A stretch of 62,469 nucleotides of DNA, counting the filler, from Squatina squatina (lineage: Eukaryota), in assembly GCA_031763465.1 (NCBI GenBank). It is 4 parts of 4 records of this genome, joined end to end, with 100 filler letters (N's around TTAATTAATTAA, not from the genome) between each part and the next. Parts side by side here need not be neighbours in the genome. Positions count along the whole stretch, not along the records: positions 47,860 to 62,469 come from JARFOE010000219.1; 3 more parts are not named here. One strand, given 5' to 3'. Positions 50,325-62,247 of this stretch are shown here, piece by piece. The notes under the pieces were generated by a model that saw only the letters and a program-made list of their open reading frames with translations, searched no databases and was not told where the DNA came from. Numbering within the stretch: the stretch's first letter is position 1; each line of letters begins with the position of its first letter. The position numbers and the translations under genes were made by a program.

Positions 50325-51116
50325 NNNNNNNNNNNNNNNNNNNNNNNNNNNNNNNNNNNNNNNNNNNNNNNNNNNNNNNNNNNNNNNNNNNNNNNNNNNN
50401 NNNNNNNNNNNNNNNNNNNNNNNNTACCGTTAATTCTGTAATTGTAGGCTGTTTATTAAAGGAACATTGCATATAAAACCCTTTATGGTTCTATATCCTT
50501 CTGCTTAATAATATTCAGTATTTAAGATGCATAGCCCACTTTTGTTTAATTTTAGATCTATCATGTGAAGGCTGTCTATGGATTAAAAAGTTGTTGCTGT
50601 ACCCCGAAGAATTAAATACACTGCATTCCCATCTCCACATTCATCATCTAAGATTCAGCTCCTGTGTGCTTGCTGCACTGATACAGACTGTAGCAAGCTC
50701 AGACCCAGGGCTGACTCACCACCTACTGTGCCTGAGCTGTCATCTGTTTTAATGAGACTTGACCCTATTGACGAATGATCTCATTCACAAATACACATTT
50801 CTCCTGGGATTTATTATAGCAACTGGAATGACGCAGGAGCTTGTTGGCACAATATGGATTGGACTATGTGTTAGCACAGAGCAGGAATGGTGAAACTCAG
50901 AGGAAACCTTATGCTGAATAGATATTAGTGCAGTATTACTCGAGTTATTGGCATTTGGTAAAGAAAGTAACTCATTTTTACCCTTATTCCCCTGAAGGCC
51001 ATAACTTGCCCTTTGCNNNNNNNNNNNNNNNNNNNNNNNNNNNNNNNNNNNNNNNNNNNNNNNNNNNNNNNNNNNNNNNNNNNNNNNNNNNNNNNNNNNN
51101 NNNNNNNNNNNNNNNN

Positions 51117-51270
51117 AGTCTGTGGGACAGCTTTCCCAATTTTGACACAAGTCCCCAGATGTTGGTGAGGAGGACTTTGCAGGGTCGACTGGGCTGGGTG
51201 TTGCATTGTCAAGTCGTTAGCTGGTGCCAAGGTCGATGCTGGGTGATCCGTCCAGTTTTATTACTTAGAC
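51117..51270 (-). repeat. Interspersed repeat; a second copy in opposite orientation lies at 54098-54209
   Basis: CAAGTCCCCAGATGTTGGTGAGGAG..TTTGCAGGGTCGACTGGGCTGGGTG is present reverse-complemented at about 54155-54208. Confidence 0.75.
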
Positions 51271-51365
51271 TTTTCGTAGCGGCTATCATTGTGGGCAGCC
51301 GTAATGCCACATAGGTCCTACCAGTTCTTGTAACCATGTCAAGAATGTGTTATTTGTCGTCGCAG

Positions 51366-51864
51366 GGGATGCACAAATGATACCTGCACCATCATCATTG
51401 GCCAGCAGTGTCAAGGAGGAGGGTGATGTTGGCACTGACATTGAAGAGGGGGAGGGAGAGGGTGAAGAAGAGAGGGAAGGGGAAGAAGCTCGTTCACCAG
51501 CACCAGCTCAGATACATATACCTCACGTTTCAGGCGCACATGTATTCCCCATAGGCTCACACGTCACGATGCACCAGGAAGTATTAGGGGAGCAGCAAAG
51601 TGAACCTAGGGGGGCATGTAGCCAGGGGAAAACTTGGCACGCGAGTCCTGCTGAGGTCGAATCAGGTAAGTACCTCGACGGAGAGGCTGTCCCAGAGAGG
51701 GTGCTGGCCATGCATCAGAATTTGACAGATGCAATGACAAAAGTGCCAGAGAGCATGGAGCAATTGATCAGAAACATGGAGGAGTCTAGCTCCCGAATTG
51801 AGCAGAGCGTTGCGCACACCTTCGAGCCCATCATTGCCAGTCTTCGGACATTGGTGGACTCACA
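51366..51864 (+). other. Open exon-like frame of about 166 codons (acidic, then helical), possibly a transposon accessory gene
   Basis: Acceptor TTTGTCGTCGCAG; no stop up to the gap; not RAB15 sequence. Confidence 0.4.
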
Positions 51865-51964
51865 NNNNNNNNNNNNNNNNNNNNNNNNNNNNNNNNNNNN
51901 NNNNNNNNNNNNNNNNNNNNNNNNNNNNNNNNNNNNNNNNNNNNNNNNNNNNNNNNNNNNNNNN

Positions 51965-52030
51965 GTGTATGATATCACAAGTGAACGCTCCTTTCAACAT
52001 ATCATGAAATGGGCCAGCGATGTTGATGAG
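51965..52030 (+). CDS. RAB15: RAB15 exon, 5'-truncated (VYDITSERSFQHIMKWASDVDE)
   Basis: QHIMKW.SDVDE is RAB15-specific; GTAAG donor. Confidence 0.93.
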
Positions 52031-52122
52031 GTAAGAGAGAAAGTGACTCTGCATAATCTTATCTTTGAGTAAACATTGTTCAGATTTTAGCCTGTTACTC
52101 ACAGTGTGTGGTTTTTCCCCAG

Positions 52123-52212
52123 TATGCACCTGAAGGTGTTCAGAAAATTCTCATAGCCAACAAAGCTGATGAGGAACAGAAAAGGCAAGTGGGTGCAGAA
52201 CAAGGTCAAAAG
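52123..52212 (+). CDS. RAB15: RAB15 exon (YAPEGVQKILIANKADEEQKRQVGAEQGQK)
   Basis: NKxD motif; AG/GT; 90 bp. Confidence 0.95.
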
Positions 52213-52994
52213 GTAAGTGTTTTTTGAATAGTGCATGGGAGGGGTTAACATGATGGGTGATACTTTTTTTTCCCTTTGCAGTTTTTGATATTCCAGGTCA
52301 GGTCAGCAACAAGTCCAATATAAGGACGAAAGTAACACAATGACAATCCCCAACATCTCACAGGCTCAGCTGCCCAATCCCCATTGTCCACACCCTCTAC
52401 CCTGGGTGTAACAGAGTAGAAGTTGCTGAACTGAGATGCTCCAGATATGTGGATTTGTCAGAGAGTTTCTGCTGAGGTTTTCTGGACACTTTGTGTTGAA
52501 CTCTTGACAACTAGTCATGAGAGTTAGTTTCCAACTCTGGCTAGATTCATAAATGAGCTTTATTCTCACTGCTGTATACTTGTCACTATTGCATTTAAAC
52601 ATTGCTTTTACAGTGTATGATACTAAAGTATATCAGAATTTGACATTCTCACTGTTCGACTGACGAGTAATTAATATTTTGAATTTCCTTTTTTACACTT
52701 TTTCCCCATTTTCATTTATTTTTTTTTGTAGCCTCCTAGTTTTTGTGCCATGGATTCCAGCTGATAGCTTGTGAATATATGCAAGCCTTGCCTGGTGACA
52801 TGTGTAGCCTGAAGGAGAGCACTTGGCAGCTTAGTCAGCCTCACCGCTGCTTCATTTTGCTGTTACTGACCTTCTAATGGAGTTCAGCAACTCACCATTT
52901 CAGAGATGCCAAACAGCAAATGTAAGCAAAGATTGGGATTCCTAACCTGGTCTCCTTATCAATACATGCAGCACGGTATCATATTTCTTAGATA

Positions 52995-53112
52995 AGGCTA
53001 TCCAGGGATATGGAGTTACGGCAGGTAAATGGAGTTGAAGTACCACCATGATCTAATCAAATAGTGGAGCAGGTTCGAGGGGCAGAATGGAGTACACCTG
53101 TTCCTAATGTTC
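52995..53112 (+). mobile_element. CR1 3' tail
   Basis: GGAGCAGGTTCGAGGGGCAGAATGG..CCTGTTCCT tail signature. Confidence 0.6.
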
Positions 53113-53535
53113 CGATGATGTAACATGACCAGATCATCACAAATTAAGACTGTGCTCGATGACTCAGGAGTCAGTGTCCTTACCTATCCAAGTTTGGATT
53201 CATCATCTGCAGCAGAGCTGAACATTTTAGATACCAATTTTTTTTTAAAACATAGTTTAAACATTTTAAACCAAATATTCTGTTATTAACTGCCATCTAA
53301 TTGAGCGCAGAAAATTGTGCAGCATTATGGTATCTTTAACTAGCATAATGTGAGTTAGTCAATGTCTGAGGATACTTCTCAACCAATTAGCTTCCAAAAT
53401 ATTCAAATCAGTGAGCATAAAGTGCATTATCTTCAGTTACGTTGTTTCATTTAATAGGAGCATACTGGATATGCCTAATATCGTATTCATTGTTTGGTCT
53501 ACTGTTAAATTTTCTTTCAACATTTCCTACCATAG

Positions 53536-53601
53536 CTTGCAAAAGAATATGGAATGGACTTCTTTGAAACAAGTGCCTGCACCAATTATAACATTAAAGA
53601 G
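53536..53601 (+). CDS. RAB15: RAB15 exon (LAKEYGMDFFETSACTNYNIKE)
   Basis: ETSA motif; AG/GT; 66 bp. Confidence 0.95.
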
Positions 53602-53629
53602 GTCAGTGAAAGCATTATATTCACAGAAC

Positions 53630-54030
53630 TGTAAAAGTTTACAGCACAGAAGGAGGCCATTTGGCCCATTGTATCTTTGCCAGTTCTCTGCCAGAGCAAT
53701 CCATAATTAATCTCACTGCACTGCTTTCTCCCCATAGCCCTGTAACCACTTTCCCCTTAACATATGCAATGGCATCTGCCTCAACTTGCAGAAAAACATT
53801 CCATGCTCCAACAACCCTCTGCATAAGGAAATTTCTCCTAATCTTTCTTCTGTTTCAGTGACAGTTTTAAATTGATGTCCCCCGATCACTGACTCCCCAC
53901 CCTCTTCATCCTATCAAAACTCTTACTAATTTTAAAAATCTCCTCTTATCCTTCTCTGGTCCAGTGGAATAGTCCAGTATCTCAATTCTCTCCTCATAAC
54001 TATTGTTTCCCATCCCGGGCATCATCGTTG
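53630..54030 (-). mobile_element. CR1 3' remnant
   Basis: QRVVGAWN peptide and CR1 tail. Confidence 0.7.
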
Positions 54031-54480
54031 ACGATGAACATTGAAAATCTAACCCTACAGTTCAAATATTGAATATAAAATATGAATGAATTTTGTAATC
54101 CTGGACGGACCACCCAGCAAGGACCTCGGCACCGACTACAGACACAACAATGGCACACCCAGCCCAGTCGACCCTGCAAAGGTCTCCTCACCAACATCTG
54201 GGGACTTGTNNNNNNNNNNNNNNNNNNNNNNNNNNNNNNNNNNNNNNNNNNNNNNNNNNNNNNNNNNNNNNNNNNNNNNNNNNNNNNNNNNNNNNATGAA
54301 TTAAAAAAATGTATTGTACTAAGTACACTGACAATTATTTTAATTGTCTGTAAGGCACTAACATCTATCTATCTGAAGGGATATATACTACAACACTGCT
54401 TATAACAGAACTATAGAAGTTTACAACATAGAAGGTGGTCATATCTTGGGATATCTTGTCTATGCCAGGTCTTTACTAAA

Positions 54481-54549
54481 CCATTGGGCAGGACATGAAC
54501 CGGGTCTCGTTTGTGGCAGGCAAGAATTCTACTATTGAACCACAAATGA
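54481..54549 (-). pseudogene. tRNA-Gly(GCC) pseudogene
   Basis: Reverse strand TCATTTGTGGTTCAATAGTAGAATTCTTGCCTGCCACAAACGAGACCCGGTTCATGTCCTGCCCAATGG aligns end to end with vertebrate tRNA-Gly-GCC; stems and T-loop are disrupted. Confidence 0.8.
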
Positions 54550-54841
54550 TAAATTATCTAAATTCAGTTGACAATTCATTTTTTATGCTGACAAAATTAT
54601 TCTTCATTAAAACCACAAGTGAGATTTAGTGCTTCTAAATAATAGCTTTTCAGAATAGATGTTGCTTCCACACATAATTGTTTCTCCTCTCATTCCCTGA
54701 ATATTGAAATGTTAATTTTGTTTAATGATGGGATGGGATGAAAAGTATATGTACACATTTGTCTTCTTAACAAATTAATCATTGCAGTTGATTTATTGCT
54801 TCTGTAACCTTGTGGTATTTTGATGTGTTTTTGTTCCATAG

Positions 54842-55000
54842 TCATTTACTCGATTGACAGAATTAGTGTTACAGGCCCATAAGAAGGAGCTTGATGGGCT
54901 TCGACTATCAACCCCTGATGAACTTGGTATAGCTGATTTAGAGGAGGATGACAGCAAAACCGAAGGGATGGTAAACTCACAGAAAGCCTGCTGGTGCTAG
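54842..55000 (+). CDS. RAB15: RAB15 last exon (SFTRLTELVLQAHKKELDGL...NSQKACWC*)
   Basis: AG acceptor, CWC prenylation motif, TAG at 54998-55000. Confidence 0.96.
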   Translation, partial: SFTRLTELVLQAHKKELDGLRLSTPDELGIADLEEDDSKTEGMVNSQKACWC

Positions 55001-55522
55001 AAATGTGGCAACAAAAAAAAATCCAATTCAGCTGTCTGAGTTATGCCTCAAGAATTCAAGACCTGGTTGCCTGCTGCTACTTTGTGCCACCTTAAATATT
55101 CATCTGAATCCTGCTTCTCTCTTGAGTTGGACCAATTCTTCCAGTCGATTCCTATAGGTGTTGTATTTTTGTCCCAGCTCCGTAGTTCAGCCATTTCTTG
55201 GACCAGGCTTGTCTGCTGTGCATTTTGTACAGTTACTGTGCTGTGATTCGTGTTCAGGCCCTTGACTGATGGTTCAGTTGCCCAGTTTCCACAAGACTGC
55301 TGTTTCAGTATTTGTTTTGTATGTGAACAGCCCTACCAGATAATGCGCATCACTGTTGGTTTTAACATCATGTCAATTTCCTGGAATTTCCCCATTTGTG
55401 CACTTAGTAATTAGTTTCTTCAATACGCTTTTAAAACATTTTTGGCCATGCCCACTAAAAGTGCTCTGTTTGTCATGCTGCTGCCCAAGTAATAATTTTT
55501 GAACCCAACATGTCTACTTACA

Positions 55523-55627
55523 AAAGCAAAATACTGCGGATGCTGGAATCCGAAATAAAAACAGAAAATGCTGGAAATACTCAGCAGGTCAGGCAGCATC
55601 GGTGGAGATCCAGCATTTTCTGTTTTT
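55523..55627. mobile_element. Short TSD-flanked insertion with an internal 21-bp inverted repeat (possibly Penelope-derived)
   Basis: ATGTCTACTTACA at 55510-55522 and 55628-55640; IR arms at 55555-55575 and 55609-55629. Confidence 0.8.
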
Positions 55628-57609
55628 ATGTCTACTTACATCCTACTCTGTTTAGAAATCTAAATAAAGCTTGAGATTATGACATCTGAAACAGGACACT
55701 GTTATTTGAGGGCATAGTCAAAAGGTAAATTTGTCAACTTAGATTAACCCTTTTTTACATTTTGAAAGAGCCTTGTGAAATGAACAGTTATCTCCCCTGC
55801 TTATTTGAAGTCCAGCACTGCCCTGCTAGATTAATGACCTGAATGATATTTTTGACTGATTTGCCATAGTAGTTACAAGTTATTTTAATTTGTGCTTATA
55901 TTTGTCATCTGCTCCACGAACATGCAATCTTTACTTGAGATCTTAAAATCAGTAGAAGTTTGTTGCTTAGAGCATACGCCATTCTCTCTCATATCACCAT
56001 TGATTTTCTGCCATTGGCCACGCCAGAAACAGAAAATTAAATAAACTATTTTCTAAGGGACAACTGTGTAACTAAACCAATAATCCATTCCATTCAAATT
56101 CCACTCCATTACAGGTTTCAGTTTACAGTTCTTGTGAAATTGTGATTTTTAAAAATTTTGCATTTTAACACTTCGAATACTGAAATTAAGTAGAATTTTC
56201 AAAGCAGAATATTCTGTGCATTAAGGGTCCCATAATTCTGCTTGTTTCATGAATTCTCTTTTAATATTTGCATTACAGATTTACAAAAATTAAATCAATT
56301 TTGCAGCAGCGTGACAGATATATGCAGTTTGGAGGATTAATCAGTGGAAATACACTTTGGTGATTTAAAGAAAAAGACTAGAAGTCTGATTTGTTTTTCT
56401 TTTAATTAATGACCCACAAACAAAATTGCATTCTCAGAAATTGCATGATTGAATGATTAGTGTCCATGCCATTTTGTTTAGCAGGCCATTAATTCTGAAG
56501 AAATCGAGGCATTCTGTTTTTAATGATAGTAGGAATTCGGAGTCCCGAGTGATGTGCTACTGCAGGGGGTCAATGTTAACATTTCTTCACAACTGCAAAC
56601 ACCAACATTCAGTTGATAGTCTGTATAAATTGCTTTCCTCTCAGTGGTAGATTGCAATGTTAATGATAAAGATTGAACTAATTCTGTGGTTTGTTGAGAT
56701 TTGGTTGTTTGTTTGAACCTGATGTTTTGAATATTTGTGCTTTTAGGTCTTTTCTTCTTGTANNNNNNNNNNAAGTATGTATCAATTCACTAACTTCCTG
56801 ATGAGCTTCACTCTGCCAGGAAGAGTCAAATGAAAGTGCTATGCTGAGGCAAAGCATCTTAATTTTCTTAATTGCTGTGTTTGTGAGAGGAAGTGAACAT
56901 TTTGACTTGAATTAATTGTATTATCTGCTATTGAAACCATGATTTTAATTCACAGTTGTTTACAAATAAATTTCATCAAGGGTTTCATTGTGTTGCTTAT
57001 GTCAATTTACAAGAATAATTAAATTAATAGACTGTAACACTTTTCAATCTAACTTTCAGCCTACCGAAGCATTGTGCCATCTGTCTGTACACATGAATTG
57101 ATAGCCTCAATAATTAGACACTAAATCACTTTCATTCATTCCTCATTAGAAGTCTTACTGAAAACTGTTGTACTCAGAAACATCTGTGTACCACATTTAC
57201 ATCTGCAAGAAGAAATGTATTACCAGTAATTTCCTCTAGTCATTCCCTCGGTTACTTAAAAAGGTTTAGAAACATAGAAAATAGGTGCAGGAGTAGGCCA
57301 TTCGNNNNNNNNNNNNNNNNNNNNNNNNNNNNNNNNNNNNNNNNNNNNNNNNNNNNNNNNNNNNNNNNNNNNNNNNNNNNNNNNNNNNNNNNNNNNNNNN
57401 NNNNCGCTCCATGGCCTTGTCCCTCGCTATCTCTAATCTCCTCCATTTATGTAACCCTTCAAAATCGCTGCTCCTCCAATTCTGGCCTCTTGTGCATCCC
57501 CAATTTTCATTGCTCCACCTTTGGCCCAAGCTTTGGAATTCCCTCCCTAAGTCTGTGCACATGTTACAAGCCTTGAGTCACACTTGATGCATCTTTTTCA
57601 CAATGAGTA

Positions 57610-58280
57610 CATAGAAGCATAGAATCACACAGCACAGAGGAAGCCGATTATGTCTGTGGCGGCTCTTTGAAAGAGCATTCCTCTGCTGTTTCCCCACAGG
57701 CCTGTACATTTTTCCCCTTCAACTATTTATCTAATATCCTTTTGAAAAATACGTTTGAATCTGCTTCCGTCACCCTTTGAGGCAGTGCATTCCAAATCGT
57801 AACAACTTGCTGCATTTTAAAAAAAAATCTCCCCTCCCTTCTGGTTCTTTTGCCTGTGCCTTCTGGTTATCGACCCTCCTGCCAGTGGAAAAAGTTTTTC
57901 CCCATCTACTCTATCAAAGCCCATCATTTTGAACACCTATTAAACCTTCTCTGCTCTGAGGAGAACAACCCTAGATTCTCCAGTCTCTCCACATAACTGA
58001 AGTTCCTCATCTTTGGTACCATTCCAGCAAATCTCCTTTGCACCCTCTCCAAGGCCTTCCTAAAAGAGTGGTGCACAATACTTCAGCTGAGGCCTAACCA
58101 GGTTTTTTTTTAAGGTATGGCATAGCTTTCATGCTTTTGTACTCTCTTTATTTATAAAACTATGGATCCCGTATGTGTTTTTAACAGCCTTCTCAACATT
58201 TCCGGCCACCTTCAAAGATTTGTATCTGTAAATTCTGACATCTCTTTGTTCCTGCGCCACCTTTAAGATTGTAACATTAT
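57610..58280 (-). mobile_element. CR1 3' remnant
   Basis: CATAGAA tail repeats and degenerate ORF2 3' sequence. Confidence 0.75.
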
Positions 58281-58659
58281 TGAGTACATTTTCCCCTGTT
58301 GGTGTTATCTACACTTTTCCTTACCCCTCCTTTGGTGTGTGCCTATAAATGTGACCTGGCTGCAATGATCCTTTGAACAAATGGCCTTACAACCTGAGTT
58401 CTCCTCCTCAACCCTAACTCTTGCTGTACGTAAATCGTTCTTACTGTCTGCTGTGCTGCGTATAGTTTTAAACTCAGTTGGGAAAATCAGAGCAGGTCAC
58501 CTTGGCCGCCTTTGGTTTACCTCCTTGTAGCTGGTTACAGAATGGGACTGGCAGTGCCCTGGAAACAGGTCATCTCCGATGGGGAATTGTGCATGTTGCA
58601 AAGGCATTTATGAATAAGTAATCAAAACAATCTACTATGTTTTTTTTCTTCCCATACAG

Positions 58660-58795
58660 GGTAACACCTGCTTAGAGAATGGCTCCTTTCTACTTAATTA
58701 TGTGGGTTGTGCTGAGTGCAGTAAAAGAGACTTTGTGCTAATTACTAATCGAAACCAGGAAGATGACGATGGAGAGGAAATTGTTACATATGACC
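58660..58795 (+). CDS. CHURC1: Churchill exon 2 ([45 protein letters not shown])
   Basis: [13 protein letters not shown] and CxxC; 136 bp, AG/GTAAG; neighbour of RAB15 and SPTB in human. Confidence 0.96.
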
Positions 58796-59524
58796 GTAAG
58801 TACTGGCTATGGAATCCAAATTAAATATTCAAGCAGTGGAAAAGACAATATCCACATACTGTAATACAGTACCTGGAATTGGCCCATGTGTTGTATTGGA
58901 ACTGTACATGTCAAAGAGCACAATCTTTCCTCAAACAGGTGAAAATGATTATTGGAATCCGTTGGCTAACAGCTCAAACAAAAGGTGATATTTTTCCCTA
59001 AACTAAAAAACCTTGGTTTTATGCAATAAGATTGACTGAAAAATTGCAAACATTTATTGTCTTTTTCTCTCGGGTGAGTGGGTTTGGAAACCGGTGTCCA
59101 GTTGTTTGAGCTGCAATTAATGAGGAATTGCAAATATTTGTCTGGACTAATGAAATGTAACTTGGTGGATCCAGGGCCTTGAGATTGCACAGCATGAATA
59201 TTAGTGCAGGAATTTTGATGCATTTGTGCAAGGTTTCCTTGCCTGCTGTTTTAATGGCGGTATTAACTTATTTTAACCCCTCTGTGGAAATAGCAGACAG
59301 AGGAATTTTGTACAAACACACGTAATTTGAACACCTAAGAATAGTTAGTTTGATTTTTTTGCAGAATTTCCCAGTTGTTTTACTGCTTCGATGCAGAGCT
59401 GGGAGATCCGACTCACTGACCACACCCATGTGGGAAAACATATTTAAAATGATTATTTCCCTGTAATCATTTTTGATTGGTACTCAATAAACATGCACTG
59501 ATTGTGTAATGGTGATTAAATCAT

Positions 59525-59598
59525 CATAGAAACATAGAAACATAGAAAATAGGTGCAGGAGTAGGCCATTAGGCCCTTTGAGCCTGCACCGCCATTCA
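59525..59598 (-). mobile_element. Well-preserved CR1/HE1-type 3' tail; near-identical to 57265-57304
   Basis: (CATAGAAA)n ATAGGTGCAGGAGTAGGCCATT in both places, each abutting a gap. Confidence 0.75.
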
Positions 59599-61008
59599 AN
59601 NNNNNNNNNNNNNNNNNNNNNNNNNNNNNNNNNNNNNNNNNNNNNNNNNNNNNNNNNNNNNNNNNNNNNNNNNNNNNNNNNNNNNNNNNNNNNNNNNNNC
59701 TTTACGCCCAGCATGAAAATCTACCTCATCGTTTATTATTTTTCAAGGAGAGTAGTGAGATTGAGTCAATTAAGTGGAATTTGCCTTGACTGTTACTCAG
59801 TATGTTCAATTGCGGTCTGAAATAAAACAGACTAATGATCCGTATCTGACCTTGTCCCACTGAGTGTTTCAATCTGCCTTTGAAAAGATGAGCGAAGCAC
59901 TTATGAGGGCACATGCAAAAGTCATGATATCCAAGGGGGCTTATTGTTAAAAGCCCAGGTTATGCTATTGCATAATTCGACACTGCGCAACGTGGGCATA
60001 CTTAGGAATGTAATACGCTCAAACTGCTTAGAGGAAGGATCAGCACCACTGTACCCTGGAGAATATCCCAAAACTTGTAACGGGAGGTAAAGGTCACAAG
60101 TAAAACTTCCTTGATGAAATATACCAATTGCACCAGAGTTATAATTTTGATTTCTTGTCAGTTATTTAAAAATCCAAATTTCTGATAACATATATCGTCC
60201 GATAAATCAGGCTATAAATGTGGCCGTTCAAATATTATGTTTGCAGCATTGTGCATTGTGCTTTTTATAAAAACATCTACATTTCATATCTTTATTTTTT
60301 GTACTTCAGTGAGAGCGAAATAAGGTGCTGCGCAAGGTGGGATGGGTTATTGGGTACTTGTGAAAGGATTGGTGTGGCTGGGCAAAGTGGAACAGCAGTT
60401 CCGAAAGAACTGTGGCATTATTAGCGCCAGCTGTGCGAAGGGTCTGATTATTTGATGTCATAGCATTTACACCATGGATNNNNNNNNNNNNNNNNNNNNN
60501 NNNNNNNNNNNNNNNNNNNNNNNNNNNNNNNNNNNNNNNNNNNNNNNNNNNNNNNNNNNNNNNNNNNNNNNNNNNNNNNTGTTTACTTGTTGGGATTTGT
60601 GTTTTGGATCGACCTTACACTTAATGGTTTGTTGTATAAATAACAGTCTATCCATGATGTCTCTGTTGAAAGCCGAACAATATTGCTAAGTGCGGTGGCT
60701 AGATGCTACTTAACAGCATATTCGTATATGCAAGGCCTCCATCTACTGGACAGAGTGTGCTGTGAAATTTCCAGAGCTGCTTGCATCATTCTTGCTGCAT
60801 TATTATCACAACAGCTGAATGCCTCCAGTGAAAAGTAATGTATCATCTGTTCCTACAGCTACCTAAAGTTGTAGCGACTGAAATGTAGCTTGTAACACAC
60901 TGGGATATTTCTTTTGTCAAGAAGACCTTTGCATGTGCTTAAAGTGCTGCTTTTTCTTACAGATAGGCCTTATGAGAGAGAGAGGAAAACGGCTACAAAA
61001 CCAGTACA

Positions 61009-61159
61009 ATGACATCGGCCACAGATTTTGATAATGTGGAGATCCAGCAGCAGTACAGCCACATCAATGCTCGCTGGGAACTCTCGGATGAAGGTGAACT
61101 CGATAATGACAACAGCTCGGCAAGGTTGTTTGAGCGTTCCAGGATCAAAGCTCTTGCAG
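61009..61159 (+). CDS. SPTB: Beta-spectrin (erythroid), first coding exon ([50 protein letters not shown])
   Basis: MTSAT..INARW is SPTB-like; acceptor at 60961-60962 and GTAAG donor; linked to CHURC1 and RAB15. Confidence 0.9.
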
Positions 61160-62073
61160 GTAAGGTGACTGAACTCCAAATTCTTTCCTGAGAATTTGGT
61201 TGGATATTGCTCATGCTTTCAGCTATTCTGGTTTGATAATGTCATATATCTCTCGGGTACCTAAAATGATATATTTTCAATCCATCACCTTTATGAAGGT
61301 AAATTCTTTGATTATATAGGCAGCAGTTTGAAAGAAATGTTTTTTTTTGAGGGGAGGGGGGAAGAAAAAGATTTATTTGCGATTGTGACTTGTAAATTAA
61401 AGTAAATCTTAAAAACTATCACGAACCACTGTTTTTCTGATAATTTTGGTATAGTAACATTTAATTTCTGACAGGAAGTTTTGCAGGTAGCAAACTGGCA
61501 ATGTACCTGTCATCTTCAAAATCTTTTTTTTAAAAAGTGAGGCCCAAAAGATTTATTTTCTATATTGTCCATTTTTTCTCTCTCTGTTGTAATTGTGACT
61601 GAAAATAGCCTCACTATTTCACCTACCGGACTATGGATTGGTAAGGCCCTAGATTATCATTAAAATCAATCTGATAGTCAGCTTCACACCCTTGCAAAGG
61701 ATCAAGCATATTGAGATGGTTTTAAAATAATGCCATTTTGATGTTCTCTCCTCAAAGGATAAGTTTTATCACATAAGCCATACACGCAGACAATGTATAC
61801 GTAGTCTGGAGGCATGTAAGTCCATGTGCAGCTTTGTNNNNNNNNNNNNNNNNNNNNNNNNNNNNNNNNNNNNNNNNNNNNNNNNNNNNNNNNNNNNNNN
61901 NNNNNNNNNNNNNNNNNNNNNNNNNNNNNNNNNNNNNGGAGGCACTATACAAATACAAGTTATTGTTGTAGTAGTAATTGCTTGTGTTTCATATTTTTCC
62001 ATACATTCACTGTTTATTTTATTGTATATTTTCATTTTTACTGAAAACGTGATGTTGTTATCTCCCTAATCAG

Positions 62074-62247
62074 CCCAAGCCAACCAAAGGTCGGATGCGT
62101 ATCCATTGTTTGGAAAATGTAGACAAGGCTCTTCAGTTTCTCAAAGAACAGAAAGTGCACCTGGAAAATATGGGGTCCCACGACATTGTTGATGGGAGCC
62201 ACAGGCTTACACTCGGTCTCATCTGGACCATCATCCTTCGTTTCCAG
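62074..62247 (+). CDS. SPTB: Beta-spectrin CH1 exon ([58 protein letters not shown])
   Basis: Actin-binding CH1 motif; 174 bp, phase 0-0, AG/GTAAGT. Confidence 0.85.

Noticed and set aside
51347-52072. 241-aa fusion of an acidic ORF with RAB15
   Set aside because: The parts are joined only across an arbitrary 100-N gap.
56794-56850. C/D snoRNA (TGATGA..CTGA) or hammerhead (CTGATGA..GAAA)
   Set aside because: Short for a snoRNA with only a weak terminal stem, and no stem II closes the hammerhead core.
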